Source: Elsinoe ampelina
Lineage: Eukaryota
Direction of reading: 5' to 3'
Assembly: GCA_010093995.1 (NCBI GenBank)
Contig: ML992512.1
Coordinates: 124,001 to 188,000 of the forward strand
Length of the DNA stretch: 64,000 nucleotides
Made by a program: the position numbers and the translations under genes. Positions 36,368 through 48,559 of the stretch are shown in pieces. The notes beneath the pieces were generated by a model. That model did not search any database. It was given only the letters and a program-made list of their open reading frames with translations, and had not been told where the DNA came from. How positions within the stretch are numbered: position 1 is the first letter of the stretch; each line of letters opens with the position of its first letter.

Positions 36368-37245
36368 TCACACTTCAGCCCATGTGACTTCGTAACCGAA
36401 CACTGTCCGTCGTAATAGCTCATCCTATGATTTCCGTCAGTATCTCTGTCGTCCAAGTATCATCAAGTGGGACCTACACCGGGATCATTCTCAAACATGA
36501 CTTTCTCCATGACATGCTCAAGGATCTTTGTGACCAAGAAGCCGTTATCCCGAGCAAGGTCGAAGAATGCCAGGTCCTTTGCCAGTAACCACGGCCGATA
36601 CGGAGTAAAGAAGACCAAGGCTTTTGCTTCGAGGGACCTCCGAAGAGTGGATTGAATGGTTTTGATCAGCTTGCCATGCTCGGAGTGGTTGAATAGGAGA
36701 TCAGCCAAGATGAGTATGTCAAACCCATCGCTTGTCGGGAGGAGCGACTTGACCTCACTGACATCGGCACCCCAGAGAAGTCCACAAGCATGCACCTTGA
36801 TATCAGCTTTTACCGACTTGACACTTTCGATGTTGAGGCGGAGATTCTCAATCAATTCGGCGTCCGGATAGTCGGTCACGACCACCGAGTTCGCCCCTCT
36901 TAACGAGCAGGTGAAGCTTGGTAGTCCCGCCCCAGCACCTAGCTCTAGTACAGTCTTGTCTCGGACGAGAGACTCGGCATTTTGTTCAATATGATTGGAA
37001 ATGACTTTCCCGGCATTCCAGAGAAAGTGACCCTAGCGAGTCGGTCAGATCATGGGGTTGCTCATGGTTCTACGGAACAATTGAGAAAGATGGAAACGCA
37101 CCCACAAAGGATTGTGCCCGACTAGATGCAGCACCAGATTTGTGCCGTCAGTCAGCTGATGTGTTACAGTCGTCGCTGGTTTTGCTTTCTCGTAGAAATC
37201 CTCGGGTTCTTGGAATAGATCGAGGTCATCCTCCGAGTCTGACAT
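36368..37245 (-). CDS. EFM7: Protein N-terminal/lysine methyltransferase Efm7 (Nnt1); 3 exons
   Basis: LFQEPEDFY, LVGHNPLW|GHFLWNA, SAM motif VLELGAGAGLPS, VVTDYPD, LADLLFNHSEH, FFTPYRPWL, FENDPG|DELLRRTVFGY. Confidence 0.88.
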
Positions 37246-37968
37246 GGTTGTCAATTCTTCGACTCCACAAAAATTCCTTTAAGAAATGTGCATGTACTTG
37301 CACGTGACCCAAATCTGAGGTCAGCCAAAAATGCGAGTCATTTCACAGCCTTATTCGGCGGGAAATAGGAACATGCCCCGCCAAAGTAAAATCCAACGGT
37401 CGAGACCTCTTTTCATTCAGGGACCGAGACATGAGACGTCCCTTCATCACCTCGTGGGTACGTCCACGACCTCGCTCGTTGACTTGACGAGGTACCGCCT
37501 TTTGTGCAGCTATCTAAAAGTGTGTCGCAACATCGTCCAGTCGCGAGCCGCCCTCCAGCAGAAGCAACGTCCTATATTACCTTTCTTGGGTCGCAATCGC
37601 CTGGAGAGAGCAGACGGGCCGAGCTTAAGTGCATTTGAGCAAGTTTCCACTTTCCACGGTCGTCTCCTCTGCGACAATCTCGTCCGCGGCCCTGCCCAGG
37701 CCATCTCTTCCTCATCTCTCATCTTCCTCTTGCGGACGACTGCCGTATTCAATACAAGGATCATCGAACAAGCATATCCCGGAGAAGGAGCCAGAGGGCC
37801 CGAGTCTATCGTTTGAACCGTCCGGCAGTGAGATGAACCCGATCAACCTACCGAGTTGAGGGCAACGGATTGCGGTCATTCGAGTGAACTCATGTCGGCT
37901 TAAGCGCCAAAAACGACTTTACTTGCTCTACTCGACGCCACACCTATCTGGACCTACACGTCAGGGCT

Positions 37969-39622
37969 ATGGCTAGCATCAAGACTGAGGCTCCAGCACC
38001 GGCAGGCAAACCTACACCGCCCAAAGATCTCATCAATCTACGGAACCAGAAGAATGGCGAGGTGTACAGATTTTCATGGTGAGTCCCCTCGCCCCTCACC
38101 GCCGCTGATCACACCCCGCATCTGTATAACTTGAACGTGGTCGGCGCTTCTCGTCTGCCCATCACACGTGCTGACAGCATGGCACAGCCGCACATGCATC
38201 GATGGCCACAGGGCGCCTTTGTGCGACCCGAAGAAGCATCGTGGCAAAATCATGTACCGTCGCCCGAATCCTGGACGGCCTGCCCGACAATGTGGTCATC
38301 CAAAATCAGTACAATGTGATTGTCTAGCGAAAAGGACACTATGTTGCTATTTGTCGAGCGAAGAATGGGATCAAGTCCAGGAGGGCAAGATCATCACCGT
38401 CGCCATGTTCGACAGTACCGAAGATCTGGAGGCATCCCAAGGGAAATTAGGTACCAATGCATCAAGCCCAGGTTCTACAGGATCACCTGCACGAGTACCA
38501 CAACACACGCCATTCGTTGCTCCATCGTCTCAGGCCACCAGATTCCAGATGTTCGGTCTTGGGGGGCCTCAAGGCAATCATGACTCTGCGGTCGACCCTT
38601 TTGCGTGGAATGGTGTCGCCCCGCCAATGATGTCTCATCAGCAAAGTCCTATCGACGGACCGTCTCCAACAAGCATGCAGAATATGCATACCTTCCAAGC
38701 GGTACCGCCGCCGGGAGCAGATCCCGTGCGATCATCGATTTCGACGCAGTCGCAATTTGGACAGTTTCAGGTTACTTTACCACCTGTTCTGACACCAGGA
38801 TCAACAACAAGCGGGCCATATGGCACTTACACTACCAGGACGCCCTCCGGCTCAATCAGCTATCCAACGCCGGATCCGGGTACACCGATAGACCCGCACA
38901 TGGTGGCCCTACAAAGACAAATGTCGTCCAATCTGGAGCTCAATCACATGGGGCCAGTCATGCAACATCATTACACAAACGACATGACGCCACAGATGCC
39001 GCCCATGGATCATGCCGCCTTCTCGCCGCCCATCATGACACCGGAATCCATGCACATTGAAATGACTATGCCTGGCATGGACCAAACTATCGCTGCACCA
39101 GCTATGCGACCTTCACAATCATGCTGCTCGAAAAAGTCAAAGTCGCCAGCGCCACAGATGCAGATCTTCGACTCGTATATGTATCCTGGATCAGCACCAT
39201 CGTCTCAATTTCCGTGTCCTAGTTGTGCTTCCACGCTCTGTACATGCGCCAATTGCCCATCGACAATGCAGAGTTTCGAATTCGGTGGAGCATGGGCACA
39301 GGCTTGTGGTAGGACAGGTCATCTGGAGAGCCCCTTTCCCAACGCATTCTCGTTTCCGCCAGCTGAGGTACCGCCTCCGTCACATGTACCGCCGGAAACT
39401 CCTGCACCTCAGGTCGCCCAAACTCCTGGATCATGCTGTTCCAGCAGAACATCAATACATCAACCTGTCGATTCCTTCACACCACTGCCTCCGATGATGG
39501 CTCACGATGAATGGCCAAACCCAGCGCAATATCATGAGCAGTATACACCAGTGACGAGCTCGATAGACCAGCAGAATCTGCATCCGTCTTTACTTCACGA
39601 CGACCAGATGATGTGGCAGTAG
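37969..39622 (+). CDS. Copper-fist-like transcription factor (exons 37969-38078, 38188-39622)
   Basis: Splicing GTGAGT..CTGAC..CAG yields FSCRTCIDGHRAPLC...HRGK...NPGRPARQCGH (copper-fist pattern CxxCxxGHRxxxC...GRP). Downstream SCC and CPSCASTLCTCANCP Cys clusters. Confidence 0.75.
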
Positions 39623-39884
39623 CTTGGAGGCACGCTTTCACCTATAAGTCGTCCAGTAAGACGAAACTCGAGGATGGTGCGTATGAGAGGGAGGGGCCAC
39701 ACAATCGTGGACATTTGCAGCATAGCGACTGGCGTTTCAAAACATGGGAGGTATTCTCGGTACAGATATGGCCATATCTGGGGGCATCACTACGAAGTCA
39801 TGAACAGACACGTATAGACAGAGACCAATGGATTCATGACGGCTGTAACGTCGCTCATCTCTACAATTTACCATTATCATTCCT

Positions 39885-41228
39885 CTAGCTCGGGGCAGCC
39901 CCACCATACGGAACGCTCTCCAAGCTGTTGATATCGACATAGCCAAACTTGCTCCCATCCTTATTATCCCCCATCATCTCCTGCCACTTCTGCACATCCT
40001 CCATAAACCCCTTTTTATTCTCCTCCTTACTCAAATCCACCGGCTCCTGGTCCTTGCCAATTTGCCTAATCTGCGTACCGGCCGCCACATTCGTGATCCC
40101 AAAATCATTATCGTCCAACAACAACTCAATCGCCCCCTTGACTTTGCCCTCCAACATATCCCTCGCCAGCCTCGGCTCCTGACACACGGGCCTAGCCAAC
40201 CCCACCCCATCCACCGTCTCCAGACTCTTCACCATGGCGCCCACCGTCTTGAAGCCACCGGTCACATACGTCCTCGTCTTGCTCAACACGGGCGCGATCA
40301 AATCGGCGAACTCAAGGAAGAAGGCCTCCCGCTTCTTGGTCGAATCCCGCTTGTGCCCAAACGCCAAACTCTCATACGTGCCGCCGGACAACTCGACAAA
40401 GTCGAACCTGTTCTGCTCGAGCAGCGAGCACAGCTTCTTGGCCTCGTCGGGCTCGAAGCCCTTGTCCTGGAACTCGACCGAGTTGAGCTTGATGCCGACG
40501 ATGAAGCCGTCGGAGACCTGGCGGCGCACGGCCTGGGCGATCTCGAGGATGAGGCGGGCGCGGTTCTCGAGGGTACCGCCGTATTGGTCGGTGCGGTGGT
40601 TGGTGGTGGGCGAGAGGAATTGCGCGAGGAGGTAGCCGTGGGCGCCGTGCAGTTCGATGCCGTCGTAGCCTGCTTTTTCCATGTAGGCGGCCGAGTGGGC
40701 GAAGCCGTCGATGATGCGGGTGATTTCTTCCGGGGTGGCGGCGTGGGGTTTGTTGAATTGCATGCCCATGATGTTGCCTTCGAGTTGGATGTCCGAGGCC
40801 GAGACGGGGTCGGTTTGGATGTTGTTGGCGCATTGGCGGCCCGGGTGGGAGACTTGGCCGACGATGAGTGAGCCGTGGGCTTTTGCGGCTTTGGCGAGGG
40901 CGGCGAAGGCGTCGAAGCGTTCGCCTGAGAAGGGGGCGGTGCGCGGGATGATGGGGTTGCCGGCGGCTTCGAGTTGATCGTACTCGATCATGATGTTGCC
41001 TGTCAAAATAAGTCCGAGGCCGCCTTCGCCCCAGCGTTTGTAGACGTTGATGAGGTTGGAGGAGGGTATGCCGCGGGCTTCGAGGTTCTTTGGGTCCCAG
41101 GAGGAGAGGCGCTCGGTCATGGCAGCTTTGAGGAAGCGATTGGGGGCGGTCTTGTTGGAGAATTCAAAGTGGAGGGGCTTGCCCAAAGGCTCGGCGGAGA
41201 CATCGTCGGATTCGTAGCGTTTCGACAT
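39885..41228 (-). CDS. NADH:flavin oxidoreductase / old yellow enzyme family
   Basis: NRFLKAAMTE, QVSHPGRQ, GYDGIELHGAHGYLLAQFLSPTTNHRTDQYGGTLENRAR motifs; intronless 447 aa. Confidence 0.93.
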   Translation of the reverse strand: MSKRYESDDVSAEPLGKPLHFEFSNKTAPNRFLKAAMTERLSSWDPKNLEARGIPSSNLINVYKRWGEGGLGLILTGNIMIEYDQLEAAGNPIIPRTAPFSGERFDAFAALAKAAKAHGSLIVGQVSHPGRQCANNIQTDPVSASDIQLEGNIMGMQFNKPHAATPEEITRIIDGFAHSAAYMEKAGYDGIELHGAHGYLLAQFLSPTTNHRTDQYGGTLENRARLILEIAQAVRRQVSDGFIVGIKLNSVEFQDKGFEPDEAKKLCSLLEQNRFDFVELSGGTYESLAFGHKRDSTKKREAFFLEFADLIAPVLSKTRTYVTGGFKTVGAMVKSLETVDGVGLARPVCQEPRLARDMLEGKVKGAIELLLDDNDFGITNVAAGTQIRQIGKDQEPVDLSKEENKKGFMEDVQKWQEMMGDNKDGSKFGYVDINSLESVPYGGAAPS

Positions 41229-41904
41229 TGTGCTGGTACTGTAGAGATGCTGTGGTAGTATGCAAGAGCTGTGCTGTTGTGGTGTAGAAGGAGAAGGAGG
41301 TGCTGGGCAGATATAAGAGGGGTGATGTCACCGCGCCAATGTGTTCGGGTTTAAGGAAGAAGCTATGACAGATGTTGCTAATACTTGCCGCGGAGAATTT
41401 CTATCAATGGAATTGGAGCAAATATACAGACATGCATCACCTGGGAAAAGTCGTGCGTCGCCTGCAGAATTTGAAATGGCTTTGAAATCGAAAAGTCTGA
41501 CGTTTGATCGTTGTCAGAGAGAAATGTCAGGTCGGCTAGGCCAGGAACCACGTCACTTGCATCTCCAAAGGGTCGCGGCACCTGCAGAAGTGCCATTGTG
41601 GTGGATGATGCTCGGTTGTTCAATGTTGACAGATCAAACGTCATGATCGAACATCGCCAAAAGGAAATCTCGACAAAGAGGCGAATGAGATCAAAGGACG
41701 TGTGGAGATTGCTTGTCTGTGGTTCGGCCCGCGTCTGCCGTGCATGAAACCATCGGGCATTTCGCTCTTTCTGTTTGCCGATCGTTTCATCACATCCTCT
41801 CTTTGAAGATACACCCATGTCATATCTGCAGGAAACGTGGTAGTTGCAATCCGGTCAATTCAGCTGCCTTTTGTGTCTATGGACATTGATCGCGCTTGCG
41901 ACAC

Positions 41905-42683
41905 CTAGATCAAAGCCGGACCACTCCGGTTCAAAGCTCCAAGAGCTTGCTCAAGCGTGATTACATCGACCGGCAATTTCGGCAAAATGCCAGACAAGAT
42001 GTTGTTGTTGATGTCCGGCGTGTCTGGCGGGGACTCGATGGTGTTGTTTGCGATGACATAGCTATTCACATTAGCGTCTTGTTTGCTCGTTGTTGGGGAG
42101 CAAATCCTTACACCTTGTAGTCCAGATCAAACAGTCTGTAAGCAGTGGAGATAATCACGCCAGACGTCCTGATACCGGACAAGACCACAGTATCGATGCC
42201 TTGAGAGCTCAAGATCTCCTCTAGAGCGTTACCCGCGCCAGCATAGTATCGGATCTTGGTGAGCACGGCGTCGTTCTCCTCAACAGTGAAAGCCGGGAAG
42301 ATCTCGGTCAAGGGGTCATCGGAGGTACCTAAAGCTCCACCAACCTGAGCGAATGGTGCATTGGGACCAATCTCCGGCTTCTGAGGAGTCGAGAAGAAGA
42401 TCCGAGTGAAGATGGTCAAGGGAGGAGAGGCCGTGGCGTGGACGGCATCGATCCATCTTGCTGTGTTGCGGATCCAGGCATCACCTTGTGTAGTGTTGAC
42501 AACTGAGCCGACAATGCCATTGATGAGGTCCAAGTTCAGGACTGCGTAGTTCTTGCCAAAGGACAAGGTCTCGTTCGCTGGTACAGTCGAGGGAATGAAA
42601 GTCGGGAAACCATTGTACCCAGGGGCTTGCGCAGCTGCCACAGCGGCCAAGAGCGAGCCAGAGAAGAAGCCCGAGATATGCAT
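41905..42683 (-). CDS. Isochorismatase/cysteine-hydrolase-family protein with N-terminal signal peptide (2 exons)
   Basis: MHISGFFSGSLLAAVAAAQ leader; AVLNLDLING, TKIRYYAG, GIDTVVLSGIRTSGVIISTAYRLFDLDYKV|YVIANNT. One intron (GTAAGG..CTAAT..TAG) at ~42062-42111. Confidence 0.85.
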
Positions 42684-43449
42684 GTTGATGACCGCTTTAT
42701 TATGAGAGATATTGTGACAGACGCAAAACAAAACGAGCTCCCTTCCAGGATATATATCAGTTCCCACTGATCGATCCTTCAATTCATGGTCAGAGCGGCA
42801 CCACACCTAGTGCATGTCGATCATCGACCACGCAATCTCAAATCATTTGAGCACGACTGCCAGGTCCAATGACCTCAATGAACTGTATCATCTGCATGAC
42901 AAAATGTGTGACTCGCTGGTCCTACCTGACCTACCTCGAGCTTTGTGACCTCCGAGAAAAACGAAGCGCTTTTCATGCTGGGCCGTACAATACGATCGGA
43001 CTTCGTGGAGGTTCCGACCGGACAATGGGTGGCTTGAGCATCATTCTCCTCGCTGACAGCAAGAGCAAGCGCGCGTGAGGCAAGACGATGAGATCGCTTG
43101 TGGAATCGTGACCTTGATGTAAGTCTGGACGAATCGTGGTCGAAAAGTGTTCAACAGGCTGGGACCGAGCTGACTCTTTCAACAGGGAGATTGCTGTCAA
43201 AGTCATCGTTGGTCCATCAACCCCATTCTTCAGAATTGACACCTACATCACGAGAATTCTTGCAGCTGATCGTGTACCATTTACGATCAGAAGATGCAGT
43301 CGAGGCCCAGCCGCGCCTTCCTTGTATATCATGCAGGTAAGTTGGGTGACAGCACGGACTGCTGCTTCGCTCTCACACAAACACGTGCATCATCAGCCAT
43401 AGCATAACTACTATTGCATCAGATAGAGTGATCTTTTCGCTCGAATAGT

Positions 43450-45183
43450 ATGTACTTACCACCTTACCATCCGGAACACAAGAGCGGAAAACCCCAAGAT
43501 TCACCACTGCGAACTTCAACACCTCAATCCACGGGCAAGCCGTTTCCACCATTGCTCACCGACCGCGCCATTCATCTCAACCACAACACACCTGGCTGGC
43601 TGAAACCGAGCCAGCTACACCTGAATCTATCAGCCACTGAGGCCTCCATGGTCATCGGCCCGCGATTTGTCAATCGACCATACGCCCGCCCACTGTCGGC
43701 CATCCTTGAACGACATTCCACTGTATCCTTGAGGTCGACCCGCTCCACCAGAAGGCCAAAGCCATCAATCCCTGGAGCAAGCAAAGAGAACATACCTCCT
43801 AAGCGATCACTCCTACGCAAGGACAGTCTTGCACGACTCCCCGCACGACTCAAGATGAGCTTCATTCAACATGTCAAGGACCGTCCTGGGCACCCTGGGC
43901 CGATCACGGACCACATATCAAAGCAAAACGGATTGAATGCCTCCAGTACTGGACTGGTTGTCACTCCCTACTCTGCACACACAGGGCAGCCAAGTAGCCA
44001 CCCGCGATCGGATCAACCCTAGAAGGGTGAATTCGGAACATCAAACGATGATGTGAAGACTGTGCCGGTGACCGGACGATCAGCGACTACTCCTGATCAT
44101 ACCACGATAGGAGGCCTTCGAAGTAGTACCGATCGCGAATCGGTTGACCCTCTCGCTCTCTCTGGAACGACGATGCCCGCGACAAACTCTCCTTTCAGCC
44201 CTGCTCAGCGGGCATTGCACATCCTTACTGGTCAGACTGCAAGAGGACCTTTCCAGTACAAGCCTGCACGATATGTCCGCTTGCCACCTCGAGTCCGCGC
44301 CAAGCTTGTGTCAGTCGAGCAGCTACGGGAGGAAATGACCTTACCTCCTCACATGCTTCCTACCACTGAACAAGTAGATCTGCTACAGAATCCTCCGTCG
44401 CCCCCTGTGCCACCAGAGCAAGATCCATGCTGTGAGACTGGCACACCCAGCCCTATCATCGCGCCTTCGCCGCGCCGTCCCCAGAAGAGAGCACTATCAG
44501 GTCTCCCACTTGGCAGTGTTGATACCGCAAGGATGAAGAGCTTCAGCACCTGGTCATCGGATCCGCTGCCGGACTCGACTGAAGAATTACCCAAGCACAT
44601 CTTCGCACGTCCTGGTCGACCTCCTCTCACCACGAATAGCATCAAGAACACTAAAGTCTCAGATCAGGGGAGGTGTTCACCAGTCCAAAGCAAAAATGAT
44701 CGGTCTAGCAATCACGCTGAGACCGGTGGTGTCACTTCAGATGTATGCTGCACTATTCGAGATCTCGGCTCCAATGAGTTGAGCGCAGACTCATCCTTAC
44801 CCGACCCAGGTCATAGGACCGTATTCGAGCCGATCGCAAACAAGTTCAGAGCGTCCAAGGAAGCTATAACAGCGAAGTCGTCTTCGTCTACGCCCCAAAC
44901 AACTTCTCCCGTGCACCAATTAGACGGTGCAGCGCCTCCTCGCCGCCCCAGAGGAGGCTGTGAGAAGGAACCTAAGGTCAAGCAGTGGAAGCTGAACCGA
45001 CCAGGCATGATTCAATTTGGACGTGCGGTCCGAGGGGCCAGGAAGAGGTTGACGCTCGCTCATGTCGGGCATACGGGCGTACGCAACAGGTGCTGGCGAT
45101 GCGCAGCCAAGGGCAAGGTCAGAAGGTTGAAAGGCAAGCTCAGGGAGTCGAAGAGTGACAGTCCTTGCGGAGATTGTAGCTAG
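43450..45183 (+). CDS. Hypothetical Pro/Ser/Arg-rich protein; two same-frame ORFs separated by one TAG (44020-44022)
   Basis: ORFs 43450-44022 and 44053-45183 are in the same frame, with a C-terminal RCWRC motif. No family recognised. Confidence 0.45.
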
Positions 45184-45335
45184 TCGACAGCACACTACAG
45201 AAAGTAGAAGCCAACGAGACTGCGAAAGTATTCATGTACTCATATCCACTGCTATCACACGGGGTATTATGTCCATTTCCAGCAAGCCACGTCATCCCCA
45301 ATAACCCAGCAACCTCACCAAGCCTTTCTTTCTTT

Positions 45336-47635
45336 TTAGACAGCAACCGCGTTTCCCTGCCCCACGAACCCACCACCACCGAGCTCACTCGCCTCCTCCA
45401 ACTCCTGACAAATCTCAGGCAACATACCCTCGACATCGGCATCCTTGACCCCCAACGCACCGGTGATGAGTCGGCGATAATCAGCCTGCCTCTCGCCCAA
45501 CCCAGCCAAAGACTGATTCACCACGACCTCCGTGACCAACCGCCTCCTCTGCTCCTGCAGCCCCAAAATCCGCAAGACCAGCTCACGTTTCTCCTCCTCC
45601 TCCTCCTCCTCCTCCTCCTCCTCCTCCTCCTCGCCGCCACCTCGACCCGCCCCACGGTCCCCCGCTTCCCTCCCCTCCTCCTCCCCAATATACCCCTCCA
45701 AAGCCAACACCTGTGCCCCCTCGACCAACGCCTCACCCTCCCTCACCAACCCCTCCAACTTGGCCTCCAACTCGACATCATACCCCCGCTCCCGATCCCC
45801 GAGCACCATCTCCCTCACCCCCCTCTTCAACCCCTCAATCTCCTCCCCTCGCACCCCGACCACCCTCTCCAGCTCCGCGACCTCGGTCTCCTTCTCCCCG
45901 ATTTCCGCGTCGTACATGGCCGCCAGTTTGGCCGATTTGCTCTGGAACAGCGGGAAAATCTGCGTCGTCAAGACGGTCGCTGCTTCGGAGCTGTGAGCTT
46001 CTGGTCGCGGCGCCGGGGGGGCCGAGGGGAATAGTACAGGGGAGGAGTTGAGGAAGGAAGCGGGGAGACCCACCCTTTGTGATGAGGGGCCGGAGGGGTG
46101 GGGTCCGGCGAGAGTGTGGAGCTGGGGGTGTGAGGCCCCGCCGCCCGCGATGCTGGGGTCGAGCTGGAAGGGGGAGGAGGAGAGTTGGCGGTGGCGGCCG
46201 TCGCGGCGGCGGTGGTTGAGTTGGACGATGAGCTCGTCGGCCGTTTCGCCTTCGTTGTTGGGGATGTCGACTGCGGCGTTGCGGCCGATGAGGGAGCGGA
46301 CGCATTTGCGCGCGCCGTTGCGGGCGGCGATGGTAATGGCTGTGTCGCCGCTGCGGTCTTGGATGTTGAGGATGCGCTCGATTTCGAGGGGTGAGAAGAC
46401 CTCGGACATGCGGTTGAGGATGGTATCGATGTAGTAGCGTGCGCAGGCATACTTGGACTTTGAGGAAGTCGAGGCGGCGATGATATGGAAGACAGTGCTG
46501 CCGAACCATTCCGTGTATGCGACAGTACGGATCAGCCATCCGGCAAGGCGCTCCATGGACTGCTTGTCGTACGAGTTTGTGAAGTTGACGGCCCGCATCA
46601 GTGGAGTCTCACCCCCTTTGCTGAGGCAGTCAATGCTGGCGCCGCGTTCGATCAGCGTCTTCACCACATTGAGATCGCCCATGGCAGCCGCCCAATGCAG
46701 CGCCGTGTGTCCTTTGTCATCGATAGGGCGATCGAGGTTGATACCAGGTGGCGGCATGGGCGGTTGTGCATGAGGATCAGAAGGTGATTCCAGAAGCATG
46801 AAATAGTCGAGCAGCTCCTCGGCCCATAGTTGATGCTGCTCGTCCTGTGGACTGAGCATGTCCTCGAATCGCTTGCGCTTGCGCGGATTGGTGTACTGGG
46901 AAGCGTCGGCATAGTCATCTGCGTACAAATCTGATGCAAGCGTCGCATTGTCCGGGGTGTCTTCGTGCGCGAATCGTGGATCATATTCCTCCGCAACAGG
47001 ATTGAGCGCTCCATACCTGTCACCCTGGGACGCCGTAGGTGCTCTTGCTGGCTTGCCTTGTACTCTTCGATTCGCGACAGGCTGACGGTTTGCGCGGGGC
47101 TTCGACGGCGCCGAGACTGTGTGCTTTGGTGCAGGAGGAGGACTGCGATCGCCAGGAACATAGTCTAGAATCGCGACCAACTTGTCGAACACACCATGCT
47201 TCTCGGCAAGAGCTCTGCCGTCCGAAAGTGGAATCCATGTACCTGTAGCATGGTTAGACCTTAGCCTCGCAAAAACCTCGAGGACCTCGACATACCTTGG
47301 AAGCGGCCAAAACCTCCCTGGCTGTTACGATGTGTCAGCATTGTGATCCTACTTTTGAACTCGTCCTCCCTTACATCTTCTCGTGTACCCCCTTTTGCAC
47401 TTCTCTTTCCAAAATTCTGGTTCTTGTCGGCTTGTCGAAATCCGCGACTTTCAATATATGAGTCGCATTGATCCAATCGTCGGAGCGACGGCGCATGACC
47501 GAGTTGACATCGACGAAGCATTCGTAGACGGGGACCTGGTGGGAGTCAGTATTCTGAATCGTCCAGGCGCATTGTGGGGTATCGTGCATTGCTGTATGTC
47601 GCAGAGAAGACCTTCCCCTCCTCGCGGGGTGGCAT
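45336..47635 (-). CDS. MBP1: APSES (KilA-N) plus ankyrin-repeat G1/S transcription factor, Mbp1/Res1-like (4 exons)
   Basis: [68 protein letters not shown], and ankyrin repeats [15 protein letters not shown] and [12 protein letters not shown]. Confidence 0.88.
45591..45632. repeat. (CTC)14 microsatellite encoding poly-Glu in the Mbp1-like protein
   Basis: Counted directly; 14 consecutive E in the translation. Confidence 0.95.
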
Positions 47636-48098
47636 GATGGATGACTAGCCGTGCGGCCCTGCGATCCGAGGTCTATGTAGCTGTATATCTATATCGAGTC
47701 GCAAGGAATGGCAGGGCGGTGGATGCGGTTGCAGATTCCGGGTCGAAAGCACAAGCGAGCTCGGCAGGAGATCTTCAATGCCTTGTGCAACGAATACGCA
47801 CGGTCCTAGTTCACAAGCAGAAGTGCATCGCCTTGCGGCAACCAAAGAAAGATTGAGCAGAGCGAAGCGCGGTTCGTTCGAGGTAACGCGAGAGATGAAG
47901 CGCGTGAAATTGAAAATGGGGAAGGACGCGTCGGAGGACAAGGGACCCGCTTTTTGCATCTTTCGGAACAAGCTCGACGGGCTAGCCCGATGGGACGTAG
48001 CGGCATTTGGTCTTGGCGATTCGAGGTCCGACTGCACTCGCTGATGTGCCAATCGTTCAGTCGAGGATACAAGCCATTGGACTACACACACATCCAAC

Positions 48099-48559
48099 AT
48101 GACGGTCGCCGACACGATAAAGAGTGCCGTAGGGCTCAGCTCGAACCCTGGTACGAATACTGACCTGCCCGATCACTAGGACCAGCGTCTAACGAGATGA
48201 CAGCATCGAACGAGGAAATGTCGACAGCGAAACTGCCTCTGGCATACCGAGACTCTTGCGCACATCTTTTGATCCCACTTAATCGATGTCGGTACGAGCA
48301 GTACTATTTACCTTGGAAGTGTGAGGTCAGTGAGCTCTGCAACCAGTCCGGACGCAAACATTGCGGAGAGTGGGGAAGACACGTTCAACATTGAAAGAGC
48401 ATGAAGACATAGAAAAGTCCTGGTGAGGGGATTGTTATCTGACCGGTCTTACAGGACGAACGACACAGCTACGAGAAATGCCAATACGAAGAGTTCAAGA
48501 AACGAGTAGCGAAGATGGACGAGCTGAGAGCGGCAAAGGAGGGCGCAAGAAGCAACTAG
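48099..48559 (+). CDS. NDUFB7: NADH-ubiquinone oxidoreductase B18 subunit (complex I accessory subunit; 3 exons)
   Basis: EEMSTAKLPLAYRDSCAHLLIPLNRCR...PWKCE|DERHSYEKCQYEEFKKRVAKM twin Cx9C pattern. Introns at 48151-48203 and ~48327-48454. Confidence 0.92.

Noticed and set aside
37331..37859. 161-aa and other ORFs between EFM7 and the copper-fist gene
   Set aside because: No recognisable motifs; probably promoter or 5' UTR. A single CACGTGAC at 37301 is too short to call a regulatory site.
40062..40871. Long antisense ORFs over the OYE, Mbp1-like, trpC, Nup188 and AAC genes
   Set aside because: Expected shadow frames from GC-rich, biased codon usage, with no independent support.
48151..48179. 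Ultra-short 29-nt intron in NDUFB7
   Set aside because: A normal 53-nt intron (48151-48203) with CTAAC branch site and CAG acceptor gives the same frame.
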